64,000 bases of DNA from Gemmatimonadota bacterium. GTDB taxonomy: Bacteria; Gemmatimonadota; Gemmatimonadetes; JACCXV01; JAHWKZ01. The notes beneath the pieces are model-generated. The model was not told the DNA's origin. It searched no databases and was given only the letters and a program-made list of their open reading frames with translations. The DNA is taken from NCBI GenBank assembly GCA_035513155.1, contig DATKCO010000003.1:543-64542 (forward strand), given 5' to 3'. Positions 1 to 7,917 of this stretch are shown piece by piece. Within the stretch, counting starts at the first letter, position 1, and each line of letters opens with the position of its first letter. A program made the translations under genes and the position numbers.

Positions 1-5
1 TGACC

Positions 6-677
6 TTGCTCGTTTCCCCCGACTCGATCGCCACGGACGAGATCCTCCTTCCTCTCCATCCCCTGGACAGCCTCGCCGTGGCCATCCCCATGTCCGTTCG
101 GGACACTGTTCCGTCGGGGGCCGCCGACCGGCCCGATGTGCGCGCCGCAAGATCGGAAGTCGAGGCCGCGCGTGACAGGCTCGCTCTTGCGGGCCGCGAG
201 CGCATACCCGACATCACGGTTACAGGCGGATACAAGGACCAGGTGGATGGTCCCAAGGGCGGGGTAATCGGGTTGTCCGTCCCGATTCCGTTGCTGGATC
301 GTAACGCCGGCCGGATCGCGGAAGCGCAGGCGGACCTGGCGAACGCCCAGGCGCGGGCTGATCTGGTATCTCGTCGCGCCGAGACAGACATCCAACGGAC
401 CTGGGAGAACTACCGCTCTCTCGCTCGCCGCATCGAGCAGATCGACCTGGACCTTCTGGCTGGAACGGTCGGCCTGCTGGAAACGGCCCGGATCGCCTAC
501 GGGGAGGGCGAGATGAGCCTGGTGGAGCTCCTTGACGCCGCGGAGGCCTACCGTGCCAGCCGTGAGCTCGCGGCCGATCTCCATGCCCGGTACCTGATCG
601 CGATGTATGACCTCGATCGCGCCACCGGCGCGTCGACGACCATCCGAACCACTTCCCCGACAGAGGATCAGCCATGA
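6..677 (+). CDS. Outer-membrane efflux protein (TolC/CzcC family), C-terminal part; 5' end cut by window edge
   Basis: The translation has typical OEP coiled-coil repeats ('AQADLANAQARADLVSRR...IQRTWENYRSL', 'LVELLDAAEAYRASRELAADLHARYLIAMYDLDRATG'). Its stop overlaps the ATG of the next gene (ATGA). It sits first in a CBA efflux order. Confidence 0.8.
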   Translation: MLVSPDSIATDEILLPLHPLDSLAVAIPMSVRDTVPSGAADRPDVRAARSEVEAARDRLALAGRERIPDITVTGGYKDQVDGPKGGVIGLSVPIPLLDRNAGRIAEAQADLANAQARADLVSRRAETDIQRTWENYRSLARRIEQIDLDLLAGTVGLLETARIAYGEGEMSLVELLDAAEAYRASRELAADLHARYLIAMYDLDRATGASTTIRTTSPTEDQP

Positions 678-2149
678 ATCGTCATCTCCAACTCATGCCT
701 CTCCTTCTCGCCTGCATGGCCCCGGTGTCCGCATGTGGGTCGCGTGAAGCAACCGAAGAGCGCGAGCACCCGAGCGTGGTGATCACGCAGTGGAACGATT
801 CGACCGAGCTCTTCCTGGAGTACCCACATCTACTTGCGGGGGAGGCGACGGGTAACTGGGCGATCCACCTCAGCGATATGGAGACATTCAAGCCGATCAC
901 CGAGGGGACACTGACGGTCGCATTCCGGAGAGCAGGCCGCGAAACGAAGTCGTTCACCTTGAACGCCCCGGCCCGCGACGGGATATACCTGCTCGATCCG
1001 GTGATCGAGGAGTCCGGCACCTACGAGGTCCGGCTCTCACTCGACGGCCCACAGGCACGGAGCGTTCACACGCTGCCAGCTGTCGAAGTCTTTCCGGACG
1101 TGAGCGCGCTGCCTGACGAGGAAGAGGAAGAGGGGGGCGCGATCGCGTTCCTCAAAGAGCAGCAATGGAAGATCCCGTTCGCGGTTCGACCCGCCGCAGA
1201 GATGGATGTAGCCCGCACCGTTGTGGTTCCGGGCGAAATCATCGCCAGGGACGGTGGCCTGGCCGAGGTGAGTGCTCCGGCCGCCGGCATCGCTCTGGCA
1301 GGGCCGAATCGTGGTGCGCCCTCTGTCGGTGAACCGGTTCAAGCGGGACAAGAGCTGATTGTGCTCTCCCCGATCGCCGATGAGGGAGGGTACGCGCGTG
1401 CGCGCGGCGAGATGGAGCGACTCGGTCGGGAGGCCGCGCGTGCTGAACGGCTGTACGCGGCCGGCGCCATTCCAGAGAAACGACTCCAGGAATCCCGCCA
1501 CGCGCTGGAGATCGCCCGCGCCGAACTCGCGGCCCTGGGTGGGCGAGTAGACGGCGACTTTCGCCTCCACGTGCGGGCGCCGATCTCCGGAGTCGTCGCG
1601 GAGCGGAGCTTCGTCCCCGGCGGCCGTGTCGATGCCGGGGAGTCTCTCTTTCTCATCGTCGACCCCCGTACCCTCTGGCTCCGCGTCCGAGTACCTCCCG
1701 ACAACGCCGCGTTGGCACGCCGGGTAGGCGCCACGTTTCGGGCGGAGGGCATCGACCGAGTGTTTACGGCCTCGTCGCTGGTCTCAATCGGCAGCGTGCT
1801 CGACGAACAGACCCGCACCGTCCCGGCGATTTTCGCCGTCGACAATCCAGACGGCGTTCTCAAGGTAGGTCAGTTCGTGCAAGCGGTGGTCCAGGTAGGC
1901 GGGTCGGTTCGCGGCGTGGCAGTTCCGAATGAGTCGATCCTGGACGATGCCGGTACGCCCGTCGCCTACGTACAGGTAGGAGGGGAGTCCTTCGAACGAC
2001 GGGTTCTCACGCTGGGCGTGCGCGACGGAACTCATGCGGTGGTACTCGACGGGATCCAGCGCGGCGACATGGTCGTGATAGATGGTGCGTACCAGGTGCG
2101 CCTCGCGTCGATGTCCGGCGAGTCGTTCTCCGGTGGCCACGCTCACTAA
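674..2149 (+). CDS. RND efflux periplasmic adaptor subunit (CzcB/CusB-like MFP)
   Basis: Lipoprotein-like N-terminus 'LLLACMAPVSACGS'. An alpha-hairpin segment ('ARGEMERLGREAARAERLYAAGAIPEKRLQESRHALEIARAELAAL') is followed by beta-barrel-like motifs. The gene lies between OMP and RND pump genes. Confidence 0.85.
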   Translation: MNRHLQLMPLLLACMAPVSACGSREATEEREHPSVVITQWNDSTELFLEYPHLLAGEATGNWAIHLSDMETFKPITEGTLTVAFRRAGRETKSFTLNAPARDGIYLLDPVIEESGTYEVRLSLDGPQARSVHTLPAVEVFPDVSALPDEEEEEGGAIAFLKEQQWKIPFAVRPAAEMDVARTVVVPGEIIARDGGLAEVSAPAAGIALAGPNRGAPSVGEPVQAGQELIVLSPIADEGGYARARGEMERLGREAARAERLYAAGAIPEKRLQESRHALEIARAELAALGGRVDGDFRLHVRAPISGVVAERSFVPGGRVDAGESLFLIVDPRTLWLRVRVPPDNAALARRVGATFRAEGIDRVFTASSLVSIGSVLDEQTRTVPAIFAVDNPDGVLKVGQFVQAVVQVGGSVRGVAVPNESILDDAGTPVAYVQVGGESFERRVLTLGVRDGTHAVVLDGIQRGDMVVIDGAYQVRLASMSGESFSGGHAH

Positions 2150-2163
2150 GGGGAGGCGACCAC

Positions 2164-5100
2164 ATGCTGGACAGAGTCATTCGCTGGTCTCTCGACAATC
2201 GCCTCCTGGTCGTGGTCGTCTCAGCGGTCTTGCTCGTCGCGGGAGCCTATACGGCGGCTCGCATGCCAGTGGACGTATTCCCCGACCTGACTGCCCCGAC
2301 AGTGACAGTGTTGACCGAGGCGCATGGCATGGCTCCGGAGGAGATCGAGACGTTGGTCACGTTTCCGATAGAGAGCGCGGTGAACGGCGCAACCGGCGTC
2401 CGCCGCGTTCGCTCCGCCACTTCGCAGGGCATCTCGATCGTGTGGGTGGAGTTCGACTGGGGGACCGACATCTTCCAGGCCCGCCAGATCGTCACAGAGA
2501 AGCTCCAGCTCGTCGCGGCAGCCCTGCCCGAGGGCGTTCCTCCGCCCCTCCTCGCTCCCATCTCCTCGATCATGGGAGAGATCATGCTGATCGGGATCAC
2601 CGGTGATGCGCGGGTGACGCCGATGGAGATCCGATCGGTGGCTGACTGGACGCTGCGCCGGCGGATCCTCGCGGTGCCCGGCGTCTCGCAGGTAATCCCG
2701 ATCGGCGGCGAGGTCAAGCAGTACCAGGTGCTGGTCTCGCCGGCCAAGCTGGAGGCCTTCGACGTCACGCTACTCGATGTCATCCGTGCGGCGGAAGGAT
2801 CGAGCGTCAATGTCTCCGGTGGTGTGTTCATGGACCGCGGTCAGGAGTACCTGATTCGTGGCGTGGGCAGGGTGAGGGACGCGGCCGATATCGCGGCGAC
2901 CGTGATCGTCACGCGCGACGGCGTGCCGGTTTTGATCGGAGACGTGGCGGAAGTCGGCATCGGGGCCGCCACCCGGCTCGGGGAAGGCTCGGTCAACGCT
3001 TCGCCCGCGGTGGTGATGTCGATTCAGAAGCAGCCCGCGACGAACACGCTGGAGCTCACCGAACGGATCGACGAAACGCTGGCTGAGATCCAGACCACAC
3101 TCCCCGACGGAATGACGATCAACCCCGGAGTCTTTCGGCAAGCAGAGTTTATCGAAACATCGATAGAAAACGTCGTCGAGGCACTACGGGATGGTGCCAT
3201 CCTGGTCGTCGTCATCCTGTTCCTATTCCTGTGGAACTTCCGCACGACCTTCATCTCGGTTCTCGCCATTCCGCTCTCGCTCGTGGTGGCCGTGTTCGCG
3301 CTCAAGGGGCTCGGCATAACGATCAATACCATGACGCTGGGTGGAATGGCGATCGCGATCGGGGCTTTGGTCGACGACGCTGTGATCGACGTAGAGAACG
3401 TATTCCGCCGATTGCGGGAGAACCGGCACCTGCCCGACAAAAGGCGGCGCAATTCGTTGCAGGTCGTCTTTCTGGCTTCGAAGGAAATCCGCTCAAGCAT
3501 CGTCACGGCGACCCTGATCATCTGCATCGTTTTCGTCCCGCTCTTCTTTCTTTCCGGGATCGAGGGGCGCATGCTACGGCCGCTGGGGATCGCCTACATC
3601 GTTTCGATCATGGCGTCCCTGCTCGTCGCGCTCACCCTCACGCCCGCCCTCTGCGCGTACCTCCTTCCCCGGGCGAAGGTGATGGAGACGGAGGAGGAGA
3701 GTTGGCTGGTTCGTAGACTCAAGTCGGCCTACGCTCGAGTGCTACAGCCGGCCATGCGGCATCCGCACCGGGTCATCGGGGGGGCCGCCGGGGTGGTGGT
3801 CATCGCGCTGGCAGCCGTGCCGTTCCTGGGACGAGCATTTCTCCCCGAGTTCAACGAAGGAACGCTTGTGATCAGCGCTCTCACGCTGCCCGGTACGTCG
3901 CTCGCCGAGTCCGATGCGATGGGACGCCGGCTGGAGGAGATCCTGCTAGCGCATCCGGCTGTGGAAGAGACCGCGCGGCGGACAGGGCGCGCCGAGCTGG
4001 ACGAGCACGCGCAGGGAGTGAACGCCGCCGAGATCGACGTGCGGTTGAACCTGGAGGGGCACGAAATGGAGGACGTGCTGGAGGAGCTGCGAGCGGAGCT
4101 GACTGCGATCCCTGGGACTCAAATCACGATCGGTCAGCCGATTGGCCACCGAATCGACCATATGCTCTCCGGCACACGGGCCAGCATCGCGATGAAGCTC
4201 TTCGGACCCGACCTCTACGAGTTGCGGCGTCTGGCCGAGCAGATCCGCGCGGTTGCGGACGACGTTCCGGGAACGGTGGACCTCGCCGTCGAGCAGCAGG
4301 CCGACGTGCCGCAGATCCGAATCTCGATGGACCGGAACGCGATGGCGCGGTACGGGGTGACCCCGGCATACCTCGCGGAGATGATCGACGTAGCCTTTGC
4401 AGGCGAAGCGGTCTCGCAGGTCCTGGAAGGCCAGGAGAGCTACGACCTCGTCGTCCGCTTCGAGACTGCTTCACGCGGCAGCGAGGAGCGGATCGCCGGC
4501 GCGCGCATTGACACTCCCTTGGGATCCCAGGTCCCGCTCTCCGCCTTGGCGGATGTGCGGAACGACCGCGGACCCAACACCATCTCGCGTGAAAACGTGC
4601 AGCGTAAGATCGTAATCCAGTCCAACGTGAGCGGGCGTGACGTGGGCAGCGTGGTGGGGGAGATCCGGGAGCAAGTCGCAGAGCGGGTGGATCTGCCGGA
4701 TGGCTACTACCTGGAATACGGCGGTCAGTTTGAATCGGCGGGGGAAGCGACCCGCACTATCGGGCTCCTCTCGCTTGTCTCGCTGGCCGCGATCTTTCTC
4801 CTTCTCTTCATGGAGTTCGGCTCGACGAAGCAGGCCCTGCTCGTGATGGTGAACCTGCCGTTGGCCCTGGTGGGAGGAGTCTTCGCCGTGGTTCTGAGCG
4901 GTGGGGTCCTCAACATCGCAACGCTGGTCGGGTTCATCACGCTGTTCGGAATCGCCGTCCGCAATGGTATCCTCCTGGTGTCCCATTACAACCACCTCCT
5001 AGCCGAGGGAGAACCGATCGAAGAGGCAGTGCGTCGCGGTTCGATGGAGCGGCTCAATCCGGTGCTGATGACCGCTCTTGCCGCCGGACTGGCCCTCATC

Positions 5101-5304
5101 CCACTTGCGATCGCGGGAGACCATCCGGGCAACGAGATTCAGAGCCCGCTGGCGATCGTGGTGCTGGGGGGTCTGCTGAGCGCTGTGGCACTCAACATGG
5201 TAGTAGTGCCGGCCCTTTATCTGCGCTACGGGGCAGGCTCCCGCGCACCCCGTTCTCCCGACGCCGAGGACGCCATGGCGGCGCTGGAGCTGGACGAGGC
5301 TTGA
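2164..5304 (+). CDS. czcA: CusA/CzcA-family heavy-metal efflux RND transporter
   Basis: 1046 aa with an N-terminus typical of the HME-RND family: 'MLDRVIRWSLDNRLLVVVVSAVLLVAGAYTAARMPVDVFPDLTAPTVTVLTEAHGMAPEEIETLVTFPIE'. It shows a 12-TM pattern and conserved 'AIGALVDDAVIDVENVFRRL'. Confidence 0.95.
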   Translation: MLDRVIRWSLDNRLLVVVVSAVLLVAGAYTAARMPVDVFPDLTAPTVTVLTEAHGMAPEEIETLVTFPIESAVNGATGVRRVRSATSQGISIVWVEFDWGTDIFQARQIVTEKLQLVAAALPEGVPPPLLAPISSIMGEIMLIGITGDARVTPMEIRSVADWTLRRRILAVPGVSQVIPIGGEVKQYQVLVSPAKLEAFDVTLLDVIRAAEGSSVNVSGGVFMDRGQEYLIRGVGRVRDAADIAATVIVTRDGVPVLIGDVAEVGIGAATRLGEGSVNASPAVVMSIQKQPATNTLELTERIDETLAEIQTTLPDGMTINPGVFRQAEFIETSIENVVEALRDGAILVVVILFLFLWNFRTTFISVLAIPLSLVVAVFALKGLGITINTMTLGGMAIAIGALVDDAVIDVENVFRRLRENRHLPDKRRRNSLQVVFLASKEIRSSIVTATLIICIVFVPLFFLSGIEGRMLRPLGIAYIVSIMASLLVALTLTPALCAYLLPRAKVMETEEESWLVRRLKSAYARVLQPAMRHPHRVIGGAAGVVVIALAAVPFLGRAFLPEFNEGTLVISALTLPGTSLAESDAMGRRLEEILLAHPAVEETARRTGRAELDEHAQGVNAAEIDVRLNLEGHEMEDVLEELRAELTAIPGTQITIGQPIGHRIDHMLSGTRASIAMKLFGPDLYELRRLAEQIRAVADDVPGTVDLAVEQQADVPQIRISMDRNAMARYGVTPAYLAEMIDVAFAGEAVSQVLEGQESYDLVVRFETASRGSEERIAGARIDTPLGSQVPLSALADVRNDRGPNTISRENVQRKIVIQSNVSGRDVGSVVGEIREQVAERVDLPDGYYLEYGGQFESAGEATRTIGLLSLVSLAAIFLLLFMEFGSTKQALLVMVNLPLALVGGVFAVVLSGGVLNIATLVGFITLFGIAVRNGILLVSHYNHLLAEGEPIEEAVRRGSMERLNPVLMTALAAGLALIPLAIAGDHPGNEIQSPLAIVVLGGLLSAVALNMVVVPALYLRYGAGSRAPRSPDAEDAMAALELDEA

Positions 5305-6605
5305 GATCGGAACAGGAAGGGACCGAAGATCACGGTGCCACGGGCGAGAGCCTGTTCGGGAACCGGGACTTTCGCCGCCTATTCGCCGCCCAGCTGACAT
5401 CGCTCGTCGGCAGCGGTGTAACCAGTATTGCACTAGCCGCGTTCGCGTACGAGCTCGTCGGGAGCGACGCCACCGTTGTGGTCGGCACCGCACTCATGCT
5501 GCGGATCCTCGCCTTCGTCGTCATTTCCCCCATTGCGGGCGTGACTGCGGACCGGGTCGATCGCAAGAGAGTGCTCGTCGCCGCTGATCTGATCCGGGTA
5601 GCGCTCATGGGCGTGTTCCCTTTCATCACCTCGGTAAGCCAGATCTACGTCCTGATCTTCGCCATCAACGCGGTGACGGCATTTTTCACGCCGACCTTCG
5701 AGGCAATTCTGCCCCAGGTAGTAGGGCTCCGGCAGTACACGAAGGCCGTATCTTTGTCGCGCATCGCACTCGCCCTTGAGGCTACGCTGGGCCCGATACT
5801 GGCAGGGCTCCTGATCGCGACCGTGGGTGTCCGTTGGACCTTCTGGGTCGATGGTGGAACCTATCTCGTCTCCGCCCTCTTCGTTCTTGGTGCGACGGTT
5901 CCGCGCGCGCGTCGACCAACGAGCCCCTTTCATTGGAGAAACCTCGTGTCTCAGGTCACGCATGGAACAAGGATCCTGTTGCGTGAGCCGGCCCTTCGGA
6001 AAGCACTCGTGCTCCATTTCGCGGAGGCGGTGGCGGGCGCGATCGCGATTGTCACCACCATCGTGTATGTCCGAGACATCCTGGAGCGCGGGAACGTCGC
6101 CTTCGCCGTCGTAATGGCTGCCGTAGGGGCCGGCTCGGCGGTCGTGGCGCTCCTGCTGCCATGGCGTTCCGAGCGGGCGCGAGTAGGCGCGAGCGGGCGG
6201 CTCGAAGAGCACCTGCAGTATCACCGGTGGGCCGAGCGCTCGATGGTCGTGGGGGGCGCCGTTCTGGCGTTTGCACTCCTGCCCGGACTGCTCGTTCCGG
6301 GAGTCTTCGTTCTGGCTGTCCTCTGGGGGCTGAACGGGGCCGGTCAGGCACTGATCGCGATCCCGTCGGTGGGACTCCTCGCGGAGCATACCGCTCCCGA
6401 CGAGCGGGGGCGCGCATACGCCGCTCACTTCGCCCTCACCCATCTCTTCTGGCTCGGGACCTATCCTCTGTCGGGATACCTGGCGCGGGGAGCCGGCACG
6501 CCGATGACCTTTACAGCGGGAGGCGTGGCCTGCGCCCTCCTGACTCTCGCCGCGTTGATGATCCGGGGACCGCATCGTCGTCACAGGCTGGAACGTGTTG
6601 GATGA
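5301..6605 (+). CDS. MFS transporter
   Basis: 434 aa, multi-TM. Contains 'GVTADRVDRKRVLVAADLIR', an MFS loop 2-3-like motif. The TTG start overlaps the czcA stop. Confidence 0.75.
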   Translation: MRSEQEGTEDHGATGESLFGNRDFRRLFAAQLTSLVGSGVTSIALAAFAYELVGSDATVVVGTALMLRILAFVVISPIAGVTADRVDRKRVLVAADLIRVALMGVFPFITSVSQIYVLIFAINAVTAFFTPTFEAILPQVVGLRQYTKAVSLSRIALALEATLGPILAGLLIATVGVRWTFWVDGGTYLVSALFVLGATVPRARRPTSPFHWRNLVSQVTHGTRILLREPALRKALVLHFAEAVAGAIAIVTTIVYVRDILERGNVAFAVVMAAVGAGSAVVALLLPWRSERARVGASGRLEEHLQYHRWAERSMVVGGAVLAFALLPGLLVPGVFVLAVLWGLNGAGQALIAIPSVGLLAEHTAPDERGRAYAAHFALTHLFWLGTYPLSGYLARGAGTPMTFTAGGVACALLTLAALMIRGPHRRHRLERVG

Positions 6606-6676
6606 AGGGGGATGAAAGTTACCGCGAGAGGGGGAGCCCGGGGCCCGAGAAACGCCATCCGCAGGGTTTAGAGGAC

Positions 6677-6698
6677 TGTGCGACATAGTGTGCGACAT
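6677..6698. repeat. Tandem direct repeat TGTGCGACAT-ag-TGTGCGACAT (12-bp period) in the intergenic region upstream of the SixA-like gene
   Basis: Read directly: 'ctgtgcgacatagtgtgcgacatcg'. It lies in a locally lower-GC spacer. Confidence 0.6.
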
Positions 6699-6940
6699 CG
6701 ACCCCCCATATTGCATGAAAAGGGAGGTGGGGGATTCGCCAGAACGTGGAGAAATCCCAGAGAAGGTATGTATCGCTGACTCTGGAAGTAGTTAACGCGT
6801 GGCCCAGCCCCGCCCTCTACCTTGGCTGACCGGGCCTCTTCCTTTGTCGCGATGGGCGCATCCACTATGACGGCGAGGTCGCTTTGCGTGAAATGGAGGA
6901 TCGGGCGCGCGAACCCGCGCTGGAAGCCGGACATCCGGCG

Positions 6941-7444
6941 ATGAGGACGCTCGTTCTCGTGCGCCACGCGAAGTCGAGCTGGAAAGACGCGGAACTCGCG
7001 GACCGGGACCGGCCGCTCAACCCGCGCGGCCGGCGGGACGCCCCCGAGATGGGGAGGCGGCTGGCGGTGAGGGGGGCAACGCCAGATCGGATCGTCACGA
7101 GCCCGGCCTTGCGGGCCGCGACCACCGCCAGCGTCATCGCGGAGGCAGTCGGCTACCCGGAGCGCGAGATCATCCAGGACGAGCGGCTTTACGGTGCGGG
7201 CTCTGAGGAGATCCTGGAGGTGATCCGGGGGATCGAGAACCGCTTCGATCGTGTACTCCTTTTTGGCCACAACCCAGGCCTGACCGATCTCGTCAACAAG
7301 CTCTCGGAAGAACCGATCCCCAACGTGCCGACCTGCGGCGTCGTGGAGTTCCGGATCGCGGGTGAATCGTGGAGAGATGTTCGGCGCGACACCGCCATGC
7401 GTGTGGACTTCGACTATCCGAAACGCTCTCGTGGAGTTCTTTGA
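6941..7444 (+). CDS. Histidine phosphatase family protein (SixA-like phosphohistidine phosphatase)
   Basis: 'MRTLVLVRHAKSSW...DRDRPLNPRGRRDAPEMGRRL' carries the RHG/RHA catalytic motif. A second His motif follows in 'LLFGHNPGL'. I chose the internal ATG at 6941 rather than the ORF-track start at 6884. Confidence 0.8.
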   Translation: MRTLVLVRHAKSSWKDAELADRDRPLNPRGRRDAPEMGRRLAVRGATPDRIVTSPALRAATTASVIAEAVGYPEREIIQDERLYGAGSEEILEVIRGIENRFDRVLLFGHNPGLTDLVNKLSEEPIPNVPTCGVVEFRIAGESWRDVRRDTAMRVDFDYPKRSRGVL

Positions 7445-7917
7445 AAACGCAGCCTGTACGGGGCGAGTGCATTCGTCGCTACCCCGCGCCGCTCTTGCTC
7501 TCCCACTCACGCTTCGTTAGGTAGGAGCAAGTGAGACGAAGCTGGCCTCGCTCGAGCTCCACCTCGTTAGCGGGAACGTGAAACGATACTCAGCGGTCCT
7601 CCTCCTGGTGGGGGTACGTTCAACGCGCTTCCGGGCATGGGCAGCTGGTATCTACTGATACCGGCTTCGCCGACGTACGGCATCCAATCCGCGCAGAGTG
7701 GCGAAGCGGCCAGCTGAGACGGGCAGGACCCATCGAATACCTGGCCGGCCCCGGCGAGAAAGTGCCGTCGACCGGACCGGGAACCTGATCGATCCCGTGC
7801 GCGTCTGGTTCTATGTCGTCAGGGTGACGGACACGGATACGAGTCGGATCATCGGGCGGGCTGGGCCGATCGAATACCGGACGGGGTCGAAGAGCAGTCG
7901 CTGAGGAACTGGCCAGG

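Noticed and set aside
5433-6716. 427-aa minus-strand ORF over the MFS gene, and similar antisense ORFs at 8695..9969, 10524..12524, 15443..16717, 17372..18745, 22249..23625, 27193..28287, 28938..30545, 44758..45972, 51328..52875, 52451..54109 and 58165..59637
   Set aside because: Each is the mirror of a gene with clear family signatures. High GC suppresses stop codons in the antisense frames, and none shows a recognisable domain.
1-7444. CzcCBA/MFS block as a mobile metal-resistance island
   Set aside because: The GC content looks somewhat lower by eye than the window average. There are no mobility genes, flanking repeats or tRNA junction, and the left boundary lies outside the window, so this cannot be supported.
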